Below are positions 24,243 to 38,340 of a DNA stretch of 64,000 nucleotides, one piece after another. The stretch covers positions 22,694,001-22,758,000 of the forward strand of contig CM075987.1 of NCBI GenBank assembly GCA_038087875.1, given 5' to 3'. Position 1 is the stretch's first letter. Every line of letters begins with the position of its first letter. Source of the stretch: Malacoraja senta (Eukaryota). The notes beneath the pieces were generated by a model. The model did no database searches, was not told where the DNA came from, and saw nothing but the letters and a program-made list of their open reading frames with translations. Position numbers and translations under genes: made by a program.

Positions 24243-24535
24243 CTGGGGAGCACAAACGTCAACCAGGAACGGTGAGACAGAGGGAGGGGCAGGAGGGTGG
24301 GGACAATGGGGGGGAGGGTGACACAGGACAGGGAGGTGGGTAAAACTACCTGCGACTGGGTAGCGGTAACTGCAAACGATGGTCACTATCTGTGATGGGC
24401 GGTAACGACGGGGTTGGGCATGGTGCCGGTGACTCAAATGGTGGCAAGGTTGTTTACGATGGGGGAGGGGAACGGGCTGACGATGGGGAGGGGAACGGGT
24501 GGGACACAAAGCGGTGGGGGGGGGGGGTTGTCTAC

Positions 24536-24689
24536 CTTGCTGTTTGGCAGCCACCTCGCAGGAGACACTGGGCACGTCGCAGTAGAGGCCGGTCCAGCTG
24601 CTCTGGCAGTCGCAGCGGTAGGTGGTGCCCGTTTGCCAGCACTTGCCGCTGTTCTTGCAGGGAGAGGAGTCGCACCAACGCACCAGGTC
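24536..24689 (-). CDS. NOTCH1: NOTCH1 exon 20 (EGF)
   Basis: 154 nt; DLVRWCDSSPCKNSGKCWQ...CDVPSVSCEVAAKQQ. Confidence 0.96.
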
Positions 24690-24764
24690 CTGGGGAGCAA
24701 CCCGGCTCAAGGTCACCATCACATCGCACCGCACCGCACCCACCTCCCACACACTCCCAGTCCT

Positions 24765-25385
24765 CACACTTACTCCCACACACACACACTCACTCCCACA
24801 CACATTTACACACACACACACACTCACTCACACACACACTCACTCACGCACACACACACTCACTCACACACTCACTCACACTCACTCGCACACACTCACT
24901 CACACTCACTCGCTCACTCACGCACACACTCACTCACACACTCACTCGCTCACTCACACTCACACACACACACACACACACTCACTCACACTCACTCACA
25001 CTCACTCGCTCACTCACACTCACACACACGCACACACACACTCACTCACACACTCACTCACACTCACTCGCACACACTCACTCACACTCACTCGCTCACT
25101 CACACTCACACACACACACACACACACTCACTCACTCACGCACACACTCACTCACACACTCACTCACACTCACTCGCACACACTCACACACACACTCACT
25201 CGCTCACACACACACACACACTCTCACACACACACACACTCACACTCACTCACACACTCACTCACACTCACTCACACACACACACACACACTCTCACACA
25301 CACACACACACACTCGCACACACTCACTCCCACACACACTCACACTCACACACTCACTCACTCACTCACACACTCACTCTCACTC
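24765..25385. repeat. (CA)/(CACT) simple repeat
   Basis: Direct inspection. Confidence 0.95.
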
Positions 25386-25539
25386 CCTCCCTCACCGTCC
25401 CCATTGCCCTCTCCCACTGGCACAATGAGGTTGTCACTCCCTGGGCAGAGGGTGAGATGCCTGTTCACATGTGGGAGGTCTCGGTGCCCCTGGGTGCGGT
25501 GGGGCCAGTATGTGGGTGGTTTGGGTGGGCAGCACCTAC

Positions 25540-25741
25540 CTGGCAGTTGACCCCAGTGTAGCCCTGGGGGCAGGTACACTTGTAGGTGCCGTAGCTGTCC
25601 TGACAGGTGCCCCCGTGGAGGCACGGCCTGGAGTCGCACTCGTTGATGTCGTGCTGGCAGTAGTTGCCGGTGAAGCCGGTGGGGCAGAGGCACGTGAAGG
25701 TGTTGATCCCATCCACACACGTCCCACCATTGAAGCAGGAG
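25540..25741 (-). CDS. NOTCH1: NOTCH1 exon 19 (EGF)
   Basis: 202 nt; [17 protein letters not shown]...[11 protein letters not shown]. Confidence 0.96.
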
Positions 25742-26632
25742 CTGGAGGGAGGAACACACTCTGAATCATGGAGCTGGAGGAGGAGGCCATTCATCCCATC
25801 GTGCCTCTGCTGGCTCACTGAAAGAATCTGTCATATTTCTAACCCCGAGTAGACGCAGAATGCTGGAGTAACGGAGGGTCAGGCAGCATCTCTGGAGAAA
25901 AGGAATAGGTGACGTTTCAAACCAAGACCCTTCTTCAGACACGACCAGAATCGTCACATATTCGTTTTCTCCAAAGATGCTGCCTGATCCTCTGAGTTAC
26001 TCCAGCATTCGGTGAAATGTCACCTATCCATGTTCCCCAGAGATACTGCCTGTCCCGCTGAGTTACTCCAGCATTTTGTGTCTATCTTCGGTGTAAACCA
26101 GCATCTGCAGTTCCTTCCTACACATTCTAACCATTCGTGTTTATCTACGTCACGTTGGAAAGCGATTGCCAAATCTGCTTCTGCCACCCATTCACGCAGC
26201 AGCACAATTCACAGCCTTAACAACAATTCGCAACTTTCCTTGATCTTAAGCCAGATAATATGAACCTGTGTTCTCTAGTTACAAATTGTCCATCCCGCAT
26301 ATAATATCAAAACAATCTCATACTTGTGAATACTCCACGGCCCAGCCTCTTCCCCACCCCCCACTGTCCCATCCCTCTCGATGCCCACTCCTCCCACACT
26401 GGCTTTTTCACCACCCTTACCTCTCAGCCCCTCTTCCTTTAGTTTAGTCCAATTAACCTACAAACCGTGTTTGTCTTTGGGATGTGGGAGGAAACCCGGA
26501 GCACAGGGAAAACCCACACAGGTCAAGAGGAGAACGTACAAACTCCGTACAGACAGCAGCTGCAGTCAGGATCAATCCTGGGTCTCAGGCGCTGTGAGGC
26601 AACACCTCTACCGCTGCGCCCCTGTGCCGTAA

Positions 26633-26870
26633 AGGGCCGGTCCCACTTTCACAACCTAATTCACGACCTCTGCCGAGTTTGCCCTTGACTCATACTCGCA
26701 GCATTGTCGTCACGAGGTCGTAGGAGGTCGTAGGAGGTCGTAGGTAGGTCGTGATGCTAGTCGTAGGTACTCGTGGCATCAAGTAGGTCGGGGCGTTTTT
26801 TTCAACATGATGAAAAATGTCCACGAGTAAAAAAGGTGGTGAATTAGGTCGTGAAAGTGGGACAGGCCCT
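26633..26870. mobile_element. PIF/Harbinger-type MITE
   Basis: ~30-bp TIRs AGGGCCGGTCCCACTTTCAC.../...GTGAAAGTGGGACAGGCCCT; flanks TAA and TGA. Confidence 0.75.
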
Positions 26871-27025
26871 TGACTCTCCCTCCCTCTCCCAGAGAGAATC
26901 CGTCTCCCCACACTGCCTCTTCACCTCCCAACATTGCCGCCCCCTTTCTCCTGCCCCCTACGCCCCCCCCCCCCCCCTCGCCAACCTGGCCCCCTCCACC
27001 TCCGCTCCTGGCAGGCTGTCCTCAC

Positions 27026-27252
27026 CTCTCGGTGCAGTCGGGGGCATTGTTCTCGCAGTGCATGCCACTGAAGCCCAGCGGCAGTGCAGGTGTAGCTGTT
27101 GACGCAGTCGGTGCAGTTGCCGTTGTTCCTGCACGGGGCACTGGCGCATTCGTTGATGTCCTCTTCACACTTGGGGCCGCCAAAGCCCGGCAGGCAGAGG
27201 CACAGGAAGTTGTTCACACCGTCCGAGCAGGACGCTCCGTTGTGGCACGGGT
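27026..27252 (-). CDS. NOTCH1: NOTCH1 exon 18 (EGF); two 1-bp deletions near 27079-27086
   Basis: 227 nt versus 229 expected. Adding two C restores [23 protein letters not shown]. Confidence 0.94.
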
Positions 27253-27309
27253 CTGTGGTTGGATAAACCATCGATTACTCCCACAGCCCACTCCTCTAAC
27301 CCCCACTTC

Positions 27310-28025
27310 ACTCTCCCCCCACTACATCCCCCCCCACTACACCCCCCCCAACACACTCCCCCCGAGACACCCTCCCCCCCACTACACCCCCCCCCACTAC
27401 ACCCTCCCCCCCACTACACCCCCCCCACTACACCCCCCCCAACACACTCCCCCCGAGACACCCCTCCCCCCCACTACACCCTCCCCCCCACTACACCCCC
27501 CCTACACACTCCCCCGAGACACCCCTCCTCCCCACTACACCCTCTCCCCCACTACACCCCCCCCACTACACCCCCCCCTACACACTCCCCCCGAGACACC
27601 CCTCCTCCCCACTACACCCTCCCCCCCACTACACCCTCCCCCCCACTACACCCTCCCCCCCACTACACCCTCCCCCCCAATACACCCTCCCCCCACTACA
27701 CCCCCCCCTACACACTCCCCCCGAGACACCCCTCCCCCCCAATACACCCCCCCCCACTACAGCCCCCCTACACACTCCACCCGAGACACCCCTCCTCCCC
27801 ACTACACCCTCTCCCCCACTACACCCCCCCCCCACTACACCCCCCCCACTACACCCCCCCTACCACACTCCCCCCGAGACACCCCTCCTCCCCACTACAC
27901 CCTCCCCCCCACTACACCCTCTCCCCCACTAGACCCTCCCCCCCACTACACCCTCCCCCCCACTACACCCTCCCCCCCACTACACCCTCCCCCCCACTAC
28001 ACCCCCCCCCCACTACACCCTCCCA
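27310..28025. repeat. C-rich minisatellite (CCCCCCACTACA / CCCCGAGACA)
   Basis: Direct inspection. Confidence 0.95.
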
Positions 28026-28027
28026 AC

Positions 28028-28397
28028 TTAGTTTAGTTTTCTTTTAGTTTTAGAGATACAGCACGGAAACAGGCCCAGCAGGTCCACTCCGACCAGCGAT
28101 CCCTGCACACCAGTGCTATCCTACACACTTGGGACAGTTTACAATCTTTACCAAAGCCAATTAACCTACCAAGCCGTACATCTTCAGCACTATACTACAC
28201 ACTAAGGACAATTTACAATCTTTACCGAAACCAAATAACCTCAAACCCGCAGGTCTTTGAAGTGTGGGAGGAAACCGGTGAAAACCTGCGCGGTCACGGG
28301 GAAAGGTACAAACTCCATACACTCAGCACCCATGGTCAGGATCGAACCCAGGTCTCTGGCGCTGTGAGGCAGCAAATTCTACCGCTGCGCCACCGTG
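28028..28397 (-). mobile_element. HE1-type SINE with internal duplication
   Basis: Head, core and TAAAC tail; ctacacact...tttacaatctttacc occurs twice. Confidence 0.8.
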
Positions 28398-28854
28398 CCG
28401 GCTCAAGCTTATGAACACAAGCCTGGGCCCCAAGCGCAAGCTTGGCCGCTCTGTTGAAGTGGTAGCACTGGATAGTTGGAGGGGCATCTCTCTGGGAATG
28501 GTCTGCTGTGACAGGGGCAGTTCTGGGGGCGGTTCTGCACTGGAATTGAGGCAACTACCCAAAACTCAGATGAACATAGAAAGATAGAACACAGAAAATA
28601 GGTGCAGGAGGAGGCTATTCGGCCCTTCGAGCCAGCACCGCCATTCAATATGATCATGGCCGATCATCCAAATTCAGTACCCCGTTCCTGCTTTCTCCCC
28701 ATATCCCTTGATTCCATTAACCCTAGGAGCTGAATCTAACTCTATGGAGCATTGGTGGGTTATTCTGATCCACTGGAAGGTCATTGATGAAACGCCAGAT
28801 TACTGCAGTGGGAATACTGAGCAAGTGCGATCTCCTTGGGTGACGTGTTCCATC

Positions 28855-29282
28855 CCTGCGATGGCGGGACTGTCATATGAGGAAAGATTGCAAAGACTAG
28901 GCTTGTATTCACTGGAGTTTAGAAGGATGAGGGGGGGGGGGTTATAGAAACATATAAAATTATAAAAGGACTGGACAAGCTAGATGCAGGAAAAATGTTC
29001 CCAATGTTGGGAGAGTCCAGAACCAGGGGCCACCAGTCTTAGAATAAAGGGAGATCATTTAAGACTGAGGTGAGAAAAAACTTTTTCACCCAGAGAGTTG
29101 TGAATTTATGGAATTCCCTGCCACAGAGGTAGAGCTCTAGGGGCTAGTGGAGTCAAGGGATATGGGGAGAAGGCAGGCACGGGTTATTGATAGGGACGAT
29201 CAGCCATGATCACAATGAATGGCGGTGCTGGCTCGAAGGGCCGAATGGCCTCCTCCTGCACCTATTTCTATGTGTTTCTATG
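28855..29282 (+). mobile_element. CR1 LINE 3' fragment
   Basis: MAGLSYEERLQRLGLYSLEFRRMRG; TTTCTATG tail. Confidence 0.85.
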
Positions 29283-29555
29283 GCACGAATCCATCTGAAC
29301 GAATCCATCGGCCCTCTCAGTTGACTGTAAAGTATCCCTGGCATCGCGGGACAAAGGGCTAATGAGCCCCCCCCCCCCCCCCCCCCGGTAGCCGGTACCA
29401 ATATTTCAACAGCTGACTGCACTCTGTCAGAGTCCCTGCTTCCCCACGCGTCTCTCACTCCTGCCCCACCTCCCTCTCCCTCCGCCTCATCTCGTTCCGC
29501 CCCTCGCTCCCTCCCTCGCTCCCTCCCTCGCTCCCTCCTCGCTCGCTCCACTTAC

Positions 29556-29708
29556 TGGGCTGGCAGTCGTCCACATCGGTCTCGCAGGTGATGCCGGTGT
29601 ATCCCTGGCGACAGACGCACTGGAATCCACCCATCGAGTTCTGGCAATTGGCTCCGTTCTGGCACGGACTCTTCACGCACTCATTCACATCCTTTTCACA
29701 CGTCTGGC
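29556..29708 (-). CDS. NOTCH1: NOTCH1 exon 17 (EGF)
   Basis: 153 nt; [21 protein letters not shown]...[10 protein letters not shown]. Confidence 0.96.
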
Positions 29709-30289
29709 CTGGAGATAGCGGAGATTCAGTCGTGAGCAGGCACCACATCCTGCACTGTATCTTGCCCCTTTGCTCTACCTACCCACCTACTGCACTGGAG
29801 TTTGACGATTGTATTCATGTGCAGTATTCTCTGATATGATTCGATAGGCGGGCAAACTAAAGCTTTTCACTCTGTCTCAGTACATATGACAATAATTTAC
29901 ATCAATATAAACTTCTGTGTTCAGCATGTTTAAGGAAGAACTGCAGATGCTGGAACAATCGAAGGTTCGTCACCTATTCCTTCTCTCCATAGATGCTGCC
30001 TCACCCGCTGAGTTTCTCCAGCATTCTTTGTCTGCCTTCTGTGTTCAGCGGACTGACTCTGCTGCAGTGTCCTGTCTTTCGTTCATTTTTTTTAGAGATA
30101 CAACATGGAAACAGGCCCTTCGGCCCACTGAGTCCATGCCGGCCATTGATCACCAGTCACCCTAGTTCTATGTCAAAGTTTCATCCACCCCCTAAATGCT
30201 AGAGGCCAATTAAACTACAAGCACAACCTTTTTGGATGTTGGAAGAAGCTGGAGCACCTGGAGGAAACCCACTTGGTCACAGAGACAAC

Positions 30290-30772
<483 letters not shown>

Positions 30773-30842
30773 CTACTGTCCGTGACACTCTGCTCCACAC
30801 AGGCTGCGTTGCCGGTGACGACCACCCTGCCCGTCCGCTCAC

Positions 30843-30962
30843 CTTGCCACCCCTCCGGACAGCCGCACGAGAAGTTTTCGTAATCCTCCGACTCATGGCA
30901 GACGCCCTGGTTTTTACACGGCTGCCTGGCGCAGGGTGCCAGCACATCCTCACAGTTCACCC
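30843..30962 (-). CDS. NOTCH1: NOTCH1 exon 16 (EGF)
   Basis: 120 nt; VNCEDVLAPCARQPCKNQGVCHESEDYENFSCGCPEGWQ. Confidence 0.96.
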
Positions 30963-31100
30963 CTGTACACGAGAGGAACACCATCGATGATCGTGGACAA
31001 GCAACGTACAACATGGTCAACACCGCTGGCAGTGTGCCCACCCCCGGGGTAACAGAGCCCACCCTCCCCTGGGTAACAGTGCTCCCCCACCCACAGCTAA

Positions 31101-31135
<35 letters not shown>

Positions 31136-31909
31136 GTAGGGGTCAGCAGTGTGGAGGGGCCCGGTGTGGGTCAGTCTCGCTCTGTTAGGGTTGAGCATTA
31201 ATTCATAAATTCAAGGAGCAGAATTAGGCCATTCGGCCCATCAAGTCTACTCCGTCATTCAATCATGGCTGATCTATCTTCACCTCTCGACCCCATTCTC
31301 CTGCTTGTTCCCCGAACTGATCAAGAATCTTTCTATCTCTGCCTTAAAATACCCATTGACTTGGCCTCCACAGCCGCCTGTGGCAATGAGTTCCACATAA
31401 AACAGAGAGGTTACTGTGTGGAGACTCCAGCCCTGCACGGGGGGGGGGGGGGCAGGTTTAATCCGGGGGATTCCCCCAGACACAAATACTCTCTTCATGT
31501 CCCCTCGTTTGATGGTCAACCATGGGTGGACTGTTGTGCACAATGTGTCACTGCTGGTGACCACTGACCCTGCTGTCACTGCTGGTAGCAGCCGACAAGG
31601 TGACCCAGACCACCACTGGGACCACTGCGTGTGAGGTGTGGAGCTAACACCACTGGCCACGCGGGGTCAGCCAGCTCGGAGACTGACCCTTCGGACTTCC
31701 CGCCCGCGGGATCTCACTTAGTTTAGTTTGGAGTAATTCTACACAAATCCCATTATATTCTCGCTGCACTGTCATCAACTTCCCCTGGATTATCCCACTC
31801 ACTGACACAGAAGGGGGCGATTCATAGCGAATAAATTAACCGACCAAACTGCATGGCATTGGGTATGGGTATGGGGGGGGGGGGTGTCACACTAGAGGAA
31901 ACCCAGCTG

Positions 31910-32392
31910 GACAATAGACAATAGACAACAGGTGCAGGAGTAGGCCATTCAGCCCTTCGAGCCAGCACCACCATTCAATGTGATCATGGCTGATCATCCC
32001 AATCAGTACCCCGTTCCTGCCTTCTCCCCATATCCCTTGACTCCGCTATTTTTAAGAGCCCTATCTAGCTCTCTCTTGAAAGCATCCACAGAACCTGCCC
32101 CCACCGCCCTCTGAGGCAGAGAATTCCACAGACTCACCACTCTCTGTGAGAAAAAGCGTTTCCTTGTCTCCGTTCTAAATGGCTCACTCCTTATTCTTAA
32201 ACTGTGGCCCCTGGTTCTGGACTCCCCCAACATCGGGAACATGTTTCCTGCCTCTAGTGTGTCCAAGCCCTCAACAATCTTATATGTTTCAATGAGATTC
32301 CCTCTCATCCTTCTAAACCCAGAGTGTACAAGCCCACCTGCTCCATTCTCTCAGCATATGACAGTCCCGCCAACCCGGGAATTAACCTTGTA
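31910..32392 (-). mobile_element. CR1 LINE 3' fragment
   Basis: Near-identical to the 765 and 21968 copies. Confidence 0.9.
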
Positions 32393-34437
32393 GTCGCACC
32401 GCGCAGACACGCGGCTGGTGCTGTGAGGCCGCGGATTCACCAGCAGCACCACCACACCATCCACAAACTGTTCCCCAAAGAGTCAGTGGGTGTGGAACCA
32501 AGAACATGTTCCTTGCATTTGCTGCTGTGGGCAATATTTCCCTAAGGCAGCTATGTTATTGGGCTAGGAGTCCCACACACACACTGACCCTCACTGGGGT
32601 ACGGGTCCCACACACACACTGACCCTCACTGGGGTACGGGTCCCACACACACACACACTGACCCTCACTTTAGCTGACCCTCCAGCAGGGGTCAGTGGTC
32701 ACTGGGTTGGGAGCTGAAGCATGACCTTGTGGTTTATTTCCCCCTCAGCTTGGGACCAGAGAGAGAGAGGCTGGACCAGGGAGTCCCCACTGCCCTGGAT
32801 GGGAGACAGTCCCTCATCACAGCCGGAGAAATGGACCCTTCCAATTTGATTTTAAATAAAACTGACGGGCAAAGTGTTGCTGGAACACGAATTTACAATT
32901 TGCGCTGGAACACGAATTTACAATTTGCGTTTGGGTTTGAATGTTCCTGAAGCTGAGAGGTTCCTCGGCCTTTGTTGCGTCCTGGCCTTTGCCTTGACGA
33001 GTTTGCAGGGAAACACGGCAGAGACAGGAAGGGTGACGCCATTTCCACCAATTGTTCCCTGTGAGCAGCAGGAAGCCGGGAATCAACAGTCCCTCGGCAG
33101 GAAACCTGCGCACTGTTTTTTCCAGCTCCCACCAGACTCGACTCCCCTCCCCACCCCACACTGCAAAGCATGAAGCTTTCGGATGGCACAAAGCGTTGGG
33201 CGCACAGATGGCGGAAGCGGAGGTTGCCCTTGAACCGATTAGCTCACCAAAAACAGTGCCTCTTCAATTGTTAAATAGGAAAGACAGATATCAGTGGCGT
33301 CAGCCCTGCCGTAATCCAGCGGCCTTACATCTGGGTTCCAGCTACAGGAGATGTGCGGGGCTTTGACGGCCATTTTCCTTTTCCCAGGGTGGAGACGTCA
33401 AAGGCCACATAGAGGGCGTCGCTTTTCAGGTGAGAAGAGCAACGTTGAAAGGAGAGTAACATACTCCTTTAAAGGAAGGGTTTAAAGGAGAACTCCTTCC
33501 AAGTTTAAAGGAGGAGAAGTCTCCTTCCTCTATAAAGGAGACGCTTTGCCCCAAAGTTTAAAGGAGGGGCAATCTTTTTTTACGCAGAAAGTGGTAGAAC
33601 TCGCTGCCAGGGGTGGTGGTGGAGGAGGCAGATATGACAGTGGTGTTAAATAGGCACATGGATATACAGGGATTGGAGGGATATTGGATCACGCGCAGGC
33701 AGAGGATATTAGTGTATCTTGGCATCGTCGTTCGGCACGGACTTTGTGGGCCGAAGGGCCTGTTCCTGTGCTGTACTGTTGTATGTTCTGTAACCCAGGC
33801 TGGCAAGTCTAACGGAGGTAACTGCCTGCCAGTTGAGGTTAAACTAAGACCACCCCACTCTCTCTACGTTGCACATGGATCTTTAGTCAGAGGGTGGTGA
33901 ATCTGTGGATTCTTAGAATGGGGTTAGGAGGGTGAGATAGATCAGCCATGATTGAATGGCGGAGTTGGGTTGATGGGCCAAATGGCCTAATTCTGCTCCT
34001 ATCACTTGTGACCTTATGACATTAAAGATCCCCTTACAGAGAAAAGACTCACCAGGATGATGCCTGGACTTTAGTTATGGGGGGAGAAACAGGGCTGCAT
34101 GTTATAGAAACATAGAAAATAGGTGCAGGAGGAGGCCATTCGGCCCTTCGAGCCAGCACCACCATTCATTGTGATCATGGCTGATCGTCCCCTATCAATA
34201 ACCCGTGCCTGCCTTCTCCCCATATCTCTTGACTCCACTGGCCCCTAGAGCTCTATCTAACTCGCTCTTAAATCCATCCAGTGACTTGGCCTCCACTGCC
34301 CTCTGTGGCAGGGAATTCCATAAAATCCCTGGAGTGAAGGAAGCGGATGTACTCCTGTGTGTGTACCAGGGGATGTCCCTGGTCCCAGCCCACTAACCCT
34401 TGCACGGTGTCAAGCCCCCTGCCTCTCAGCGCCTTAC

Positions 34438-34551
34438 CTGTGTACGGCAAGATGCAGTTACACTTGTAGCCTGCCACATCATCGATGCAGCTTCCCTGAT
34501 TCAGGCAGGGGTTGGACGCACACTCATTGATGTTTGTCTGACAATTTGGGC
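34438..34551 (-). CDS. NOTCH1: NOTCH1 exon 15 (EGF)
   Basis: 114 nt; [37 protein letters not shown]. Confidence 0.96.
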
Positions 34552-34597
34552 CTGAAAGAGGAACAAATGCATCAGCTCAGAAACGGAATCGTGTGAG

Positions 34598-34830
34598 AGG
34601 GGAGTGGGGCGGGACGGAGAGGCAGGGAGGGGAGAGTGGGGCGGGACGGAGAGGCAGGGAGGGGAGAGTGGGGCGGGACGGAGAGGCAGGGAGGGGAGAG
34701 TGGGGCGGGACGGAGAGGCAGGGAGGGGAGAGTGGGGTGGGACGGAGAGGCAGGGGAGGGGAGAGTGGGGAGGGACGGAGAGGCAGGGAGGGGAGAGTGG
34801 GGTGGGACGGAGAGGCAGGGAGGGGAGAGA
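34598..34830. repeat. 32-bp G-rich tandem repeat, ~7 copies
   Basis: Unit GGAGAGTGGGGCGGGACGGAGAGGCAGGGAGG. Confidence 0.92.
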
Positions 34831-34899
34831 CGACAGTTTCTTCCTATCTTCGTTTAGCTTAGTGCAGAGATACAAGTCCTCAACGAGTCCACGGGCTCA

Positions 34900-35070
<171 letters not shown>

Positions 35071-36323
35071 TCAGTCCGAGCAAACCCACCACACTGGCAG
35101 AGCCAAGCCCCCAACACACACGCACGCACACGCACACGCACATGCACACACACGCACGCACGCACACACACACACACACCAGGGCCCGGACGCACGCACA
35201 CACGCACACACACACACACACGCACATGCACACACACGCACGCACGCACACACACACACCAGGGCCTGGACGCACGCACACACGCACACACACACACACA
35301 CGCACGCACGCACGCACACACGCATACACACGCACGCACACACACCAGTGCCCGGGCGCACACACAACGATATGCAGGGGGGGGGGGAGGGGGGGGCACT
35401 CCAGCAGCCGGCCCCCACCCAACATTGCCAGGGCCAAAGATAAACACAAAGACACAGCAGGACAGGCAGCATCAATTCTTCAGATTGAAGAAGGGTCTCG
35501 ACCGAAATGTCACCCATTCCTTCTCTCCAGAGATGCTGTCTGTTACTGAGTTACTCCAGCACTTGGTTTAAACCAGCATCTGCAGTTCCCTTCTTACACA
35601 TTGCCAGGGCCAAGCCGGCACCACTATATTGCAGAATAAACCCCCCTCTCTGTGATCCTTGCAAGCGGCGTCGCTGGTAGCTAGGGTGATCAAAACGACC
35701 GTACGGCACATTGGCCTTCACCAGTCACAGCATTGAGAATGGATGTTGGGAGGTCATGTTGCAGTTGTACAAGACACTGTTGAGGCCACATTTCGAGTAT
35801 GGTGTCATGTTTGGGCACTGTGTTGCAGGAAAGACGTTGTCAAGCAAGTTGTTTGGGATTGTGGGAGGAAACCGGAGCACCCGGAGGAAACCCACGCGGT
35901 CACGAGGAGAACGTGCAAACTCCTCACAGACAGCACCTGAAACCTGGTTGGTGTCCGGGTATCTGGCTCTGGGTGGCAGCAGTTCTCCCAGCTGCGCCAC
36001 CGCGCTGACCTATACTTGAAAGGTAAAACGCAGCGCCAGGAACCTGGCGACTCTTTGCGGTAGAATTTCTTACACAATAATCATCGCGCTCTTGTACTTG
36101 GGTACGATTGTGCGTATATGTAGCTGGTTGTAGGGGATAGTATGCAGAATTTCACAGTGTGGCGGGACAAGTGATAATGAAGGGCCATTGACTATTGAAT
36201 AGCAGGGTTTGGATATCGAATAGAGCACCCTGCATACATCCCGTTTAAAGGTCCCCGAGGTGTGACTAACCCCCCCCCCCCCCCACCCCACCCCTCCCGG
36301 TCCCCCTCTCGCTGGGTACACAC

Positions 36324-36516
36324 CCATTGAGGTTGTCCCTGCAGTCTCCGTGGATGCAGGGGTTGCTGTTACACTCGTTCACCTCCGAGAGGCACACCAG
36401 GTCGTGGTAGCCCTCGGGGCAGATGCAGGTGAAGCTGTTGATCGCATCCTTGCACGTCCCTCCGTTGTGACAGGGGTTCGACACACACTCGTCGATGTTA
36501 ACGTTACACATGGGCC
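36324..36516 (-). CDS. NOTCH1: NOTCH1 exon 13 (EGF)
   Basis: 193 nt; PMCNVNIDECVSNPCHNGGTC...CIHGDCRDNLNG. Confidence 0.96.
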
Positions 36517-37107
36517 CTGCAACACACAGTCAAAACATTCATATTAACAAGGACAGCAATGAATAAATGAATATCAATCAGCCAGCGGGTGCTAAAACAT
36601 CCACGTTAATCTCATTGTGGTGAATGCACGGACGCAGACATGAATATTAATAAAGGATCATCGTGGCAAATAAATGTATGGCATTAAAGAAATCAGTGCA
36701 AATCAATGCACATTTTGGGATGTGGGAATATTGTGGCACCAAGTGTCACAGAGTCCTGCAGCCACACACTGTCACATGAATGCAGCAAAGGATCAAACCC
36801 TTTTACCCAGAGAGGTCAGGTTGTCAGCTGGTGCCCGATCCGGAGCAGGGAGAGGCAGCATTCCCGACTACTGGGAGAGGCCCGGGGGCAGGGTTTGTGC
36901 GGAGGGTCTCCGGGCGCGAAGCAGGGAGGGGGAGAAGGGCAGAGAAGGACTTCGAGAGTGCCCGACACTCACAAAGACTATCGTGGTTGGCAAAGCTTTG
37001 ACTATCTTGTTGCTGCTGCTGCTGCTGCTGCTGCTATAAACGAGAAGGGTGACCCTGAAATCACAGCGCAAGAAGCAGGGGGGACAGTCAGGGTGGAAAT
37101 GTCAAGC

Positions 37108-37402
37108 AGGGTGGCGCAGCGGTAGAGTTGCTGCCTCACTCACAGCGCCAGAGACCCGGGTTCCATCCTGACTACGGAGTTTGTACCTTCTCCCCGTGAC
37201 CTAGGTGGGATTCCTCCGGGATCACTGGCTTCCTCCCACACTCCAAAGACGTACAGGTTTGTAAGTGAATTGGCTTGGTATAATTGCAAGAGGTCTCAAG
37301 TGTGTGTAGGGGAGTGCCAGTGCGCAGCGATCACTGGTCGGTGTGGACGCGGTGGGCCGAAGGGCCTGTTTCCACGTGGTATCTCTAAGCTGAACTAATT
37401 TA
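37108..37402 (+). mobile_element. HE1-type SINE, near full length
   Basis: GGTGGCGCAGCGGTAGAGTTGCTGCC head, core TTCCTCCCACACTCCAAAGACGTACAGG, tail GGGCCGAAGGGCCTGTTTCC. Confidence 0.88.
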
Positions 37403-37569
37403 AACGAGAGGACATAGCTTTAAGGTGAGAGGGACAAAGGTTTAAAGGAGATGTGCGGGGAAAGTTGGGTTTTTTACACGGTGTTTAAGAAGGAACTGCA
37501 GATGCTGGAAAATCGAAGGTAGACAAAAATGCTGGAGAAACTCAGCGGGTGCGGCAGCATCTATGGAGC

Positions 37570-38340
37570 TATTATCTAAATGGTGGCCCATTAGGAAAAG
37601 GGGAGATGCAGCGAGACCTGGGTGTCATGGTACACCAGTCATTGAAAGTAGGCATGCAGGTGCAGCAGGCAGTGAAGAAAGCGAATGGTATGTTAGCTTT
37701 CATAGCAAAAGGATTTGAGTATAGGAGCAGGGAGGTTCTACTGCAGTTGTACAGGGTCTTGGTGAGACCACACCTGGAGTATTGCGTACAGTTTTGGTCT
37801 CCAAATCTGAGGAAGGACATTATAGCCCATAGAGGGAGTGCAGAGAAGGTTCACCAGACTGATTCCTGGGATGTCAGGACTTTCATATGAAGAAAGATTG
37901 GATAGACTTGGCTTATACTGGCTAGAATTTAGGAGATTGAGAGGGGATCTTATAGAAACGTACAAAATTCTTATGGGGTTGGACAGGCTAGATGCTAGAT
38001 GCAGGAAGATTGTTCCCGATGTTGGGGAAGTCCAGGACAAGGGGTCACAGCTTAAGGATAAGGGGGAAATCCTTTAAGACCGAGATGAGAAAAAACTTTT
38101 TCACACAGAGAGTGGTGAATCTCTGGAACTCTCTGCCACAGAGGGTAGTTGAGGCCAGTTCATTGGCTATATTTAAGAGGGAGTTAGATGTGGCCCTGGT
38201 GGCTAAAGGGATCAGGGGGTATGGAGAGAAGGCAGGTACAGGATACTGAGTTGGATGATCAGCCATGATCATATTGAATGGCGGTGCAGGCTCGAAGGGC
38301 CGAATGGCCTACTCCTGCACCTATTTTCTATGTATCTATG
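37570..38340 (+). mobile_element. CR1 LINE 3' fragment between inverted Penelope-derived arms
   Basis: RDLGVMVHQSLKV...LEYCVQFWSP; arms at 37516-37569 and 38341-38409 are reverse complements. Confidence 0.9.

Noticed and set aside
32879..32928. 25-bp exact tandem duplication, and the short (CTG)n at ~37012-37035
   Set aside because: Ordinary slippage events with no further structure.
37108..37180. tRNA genes
   Set aside because: A/B-box heads run into the SINE core and LINE-like tail; no complete cloverleaf seen.
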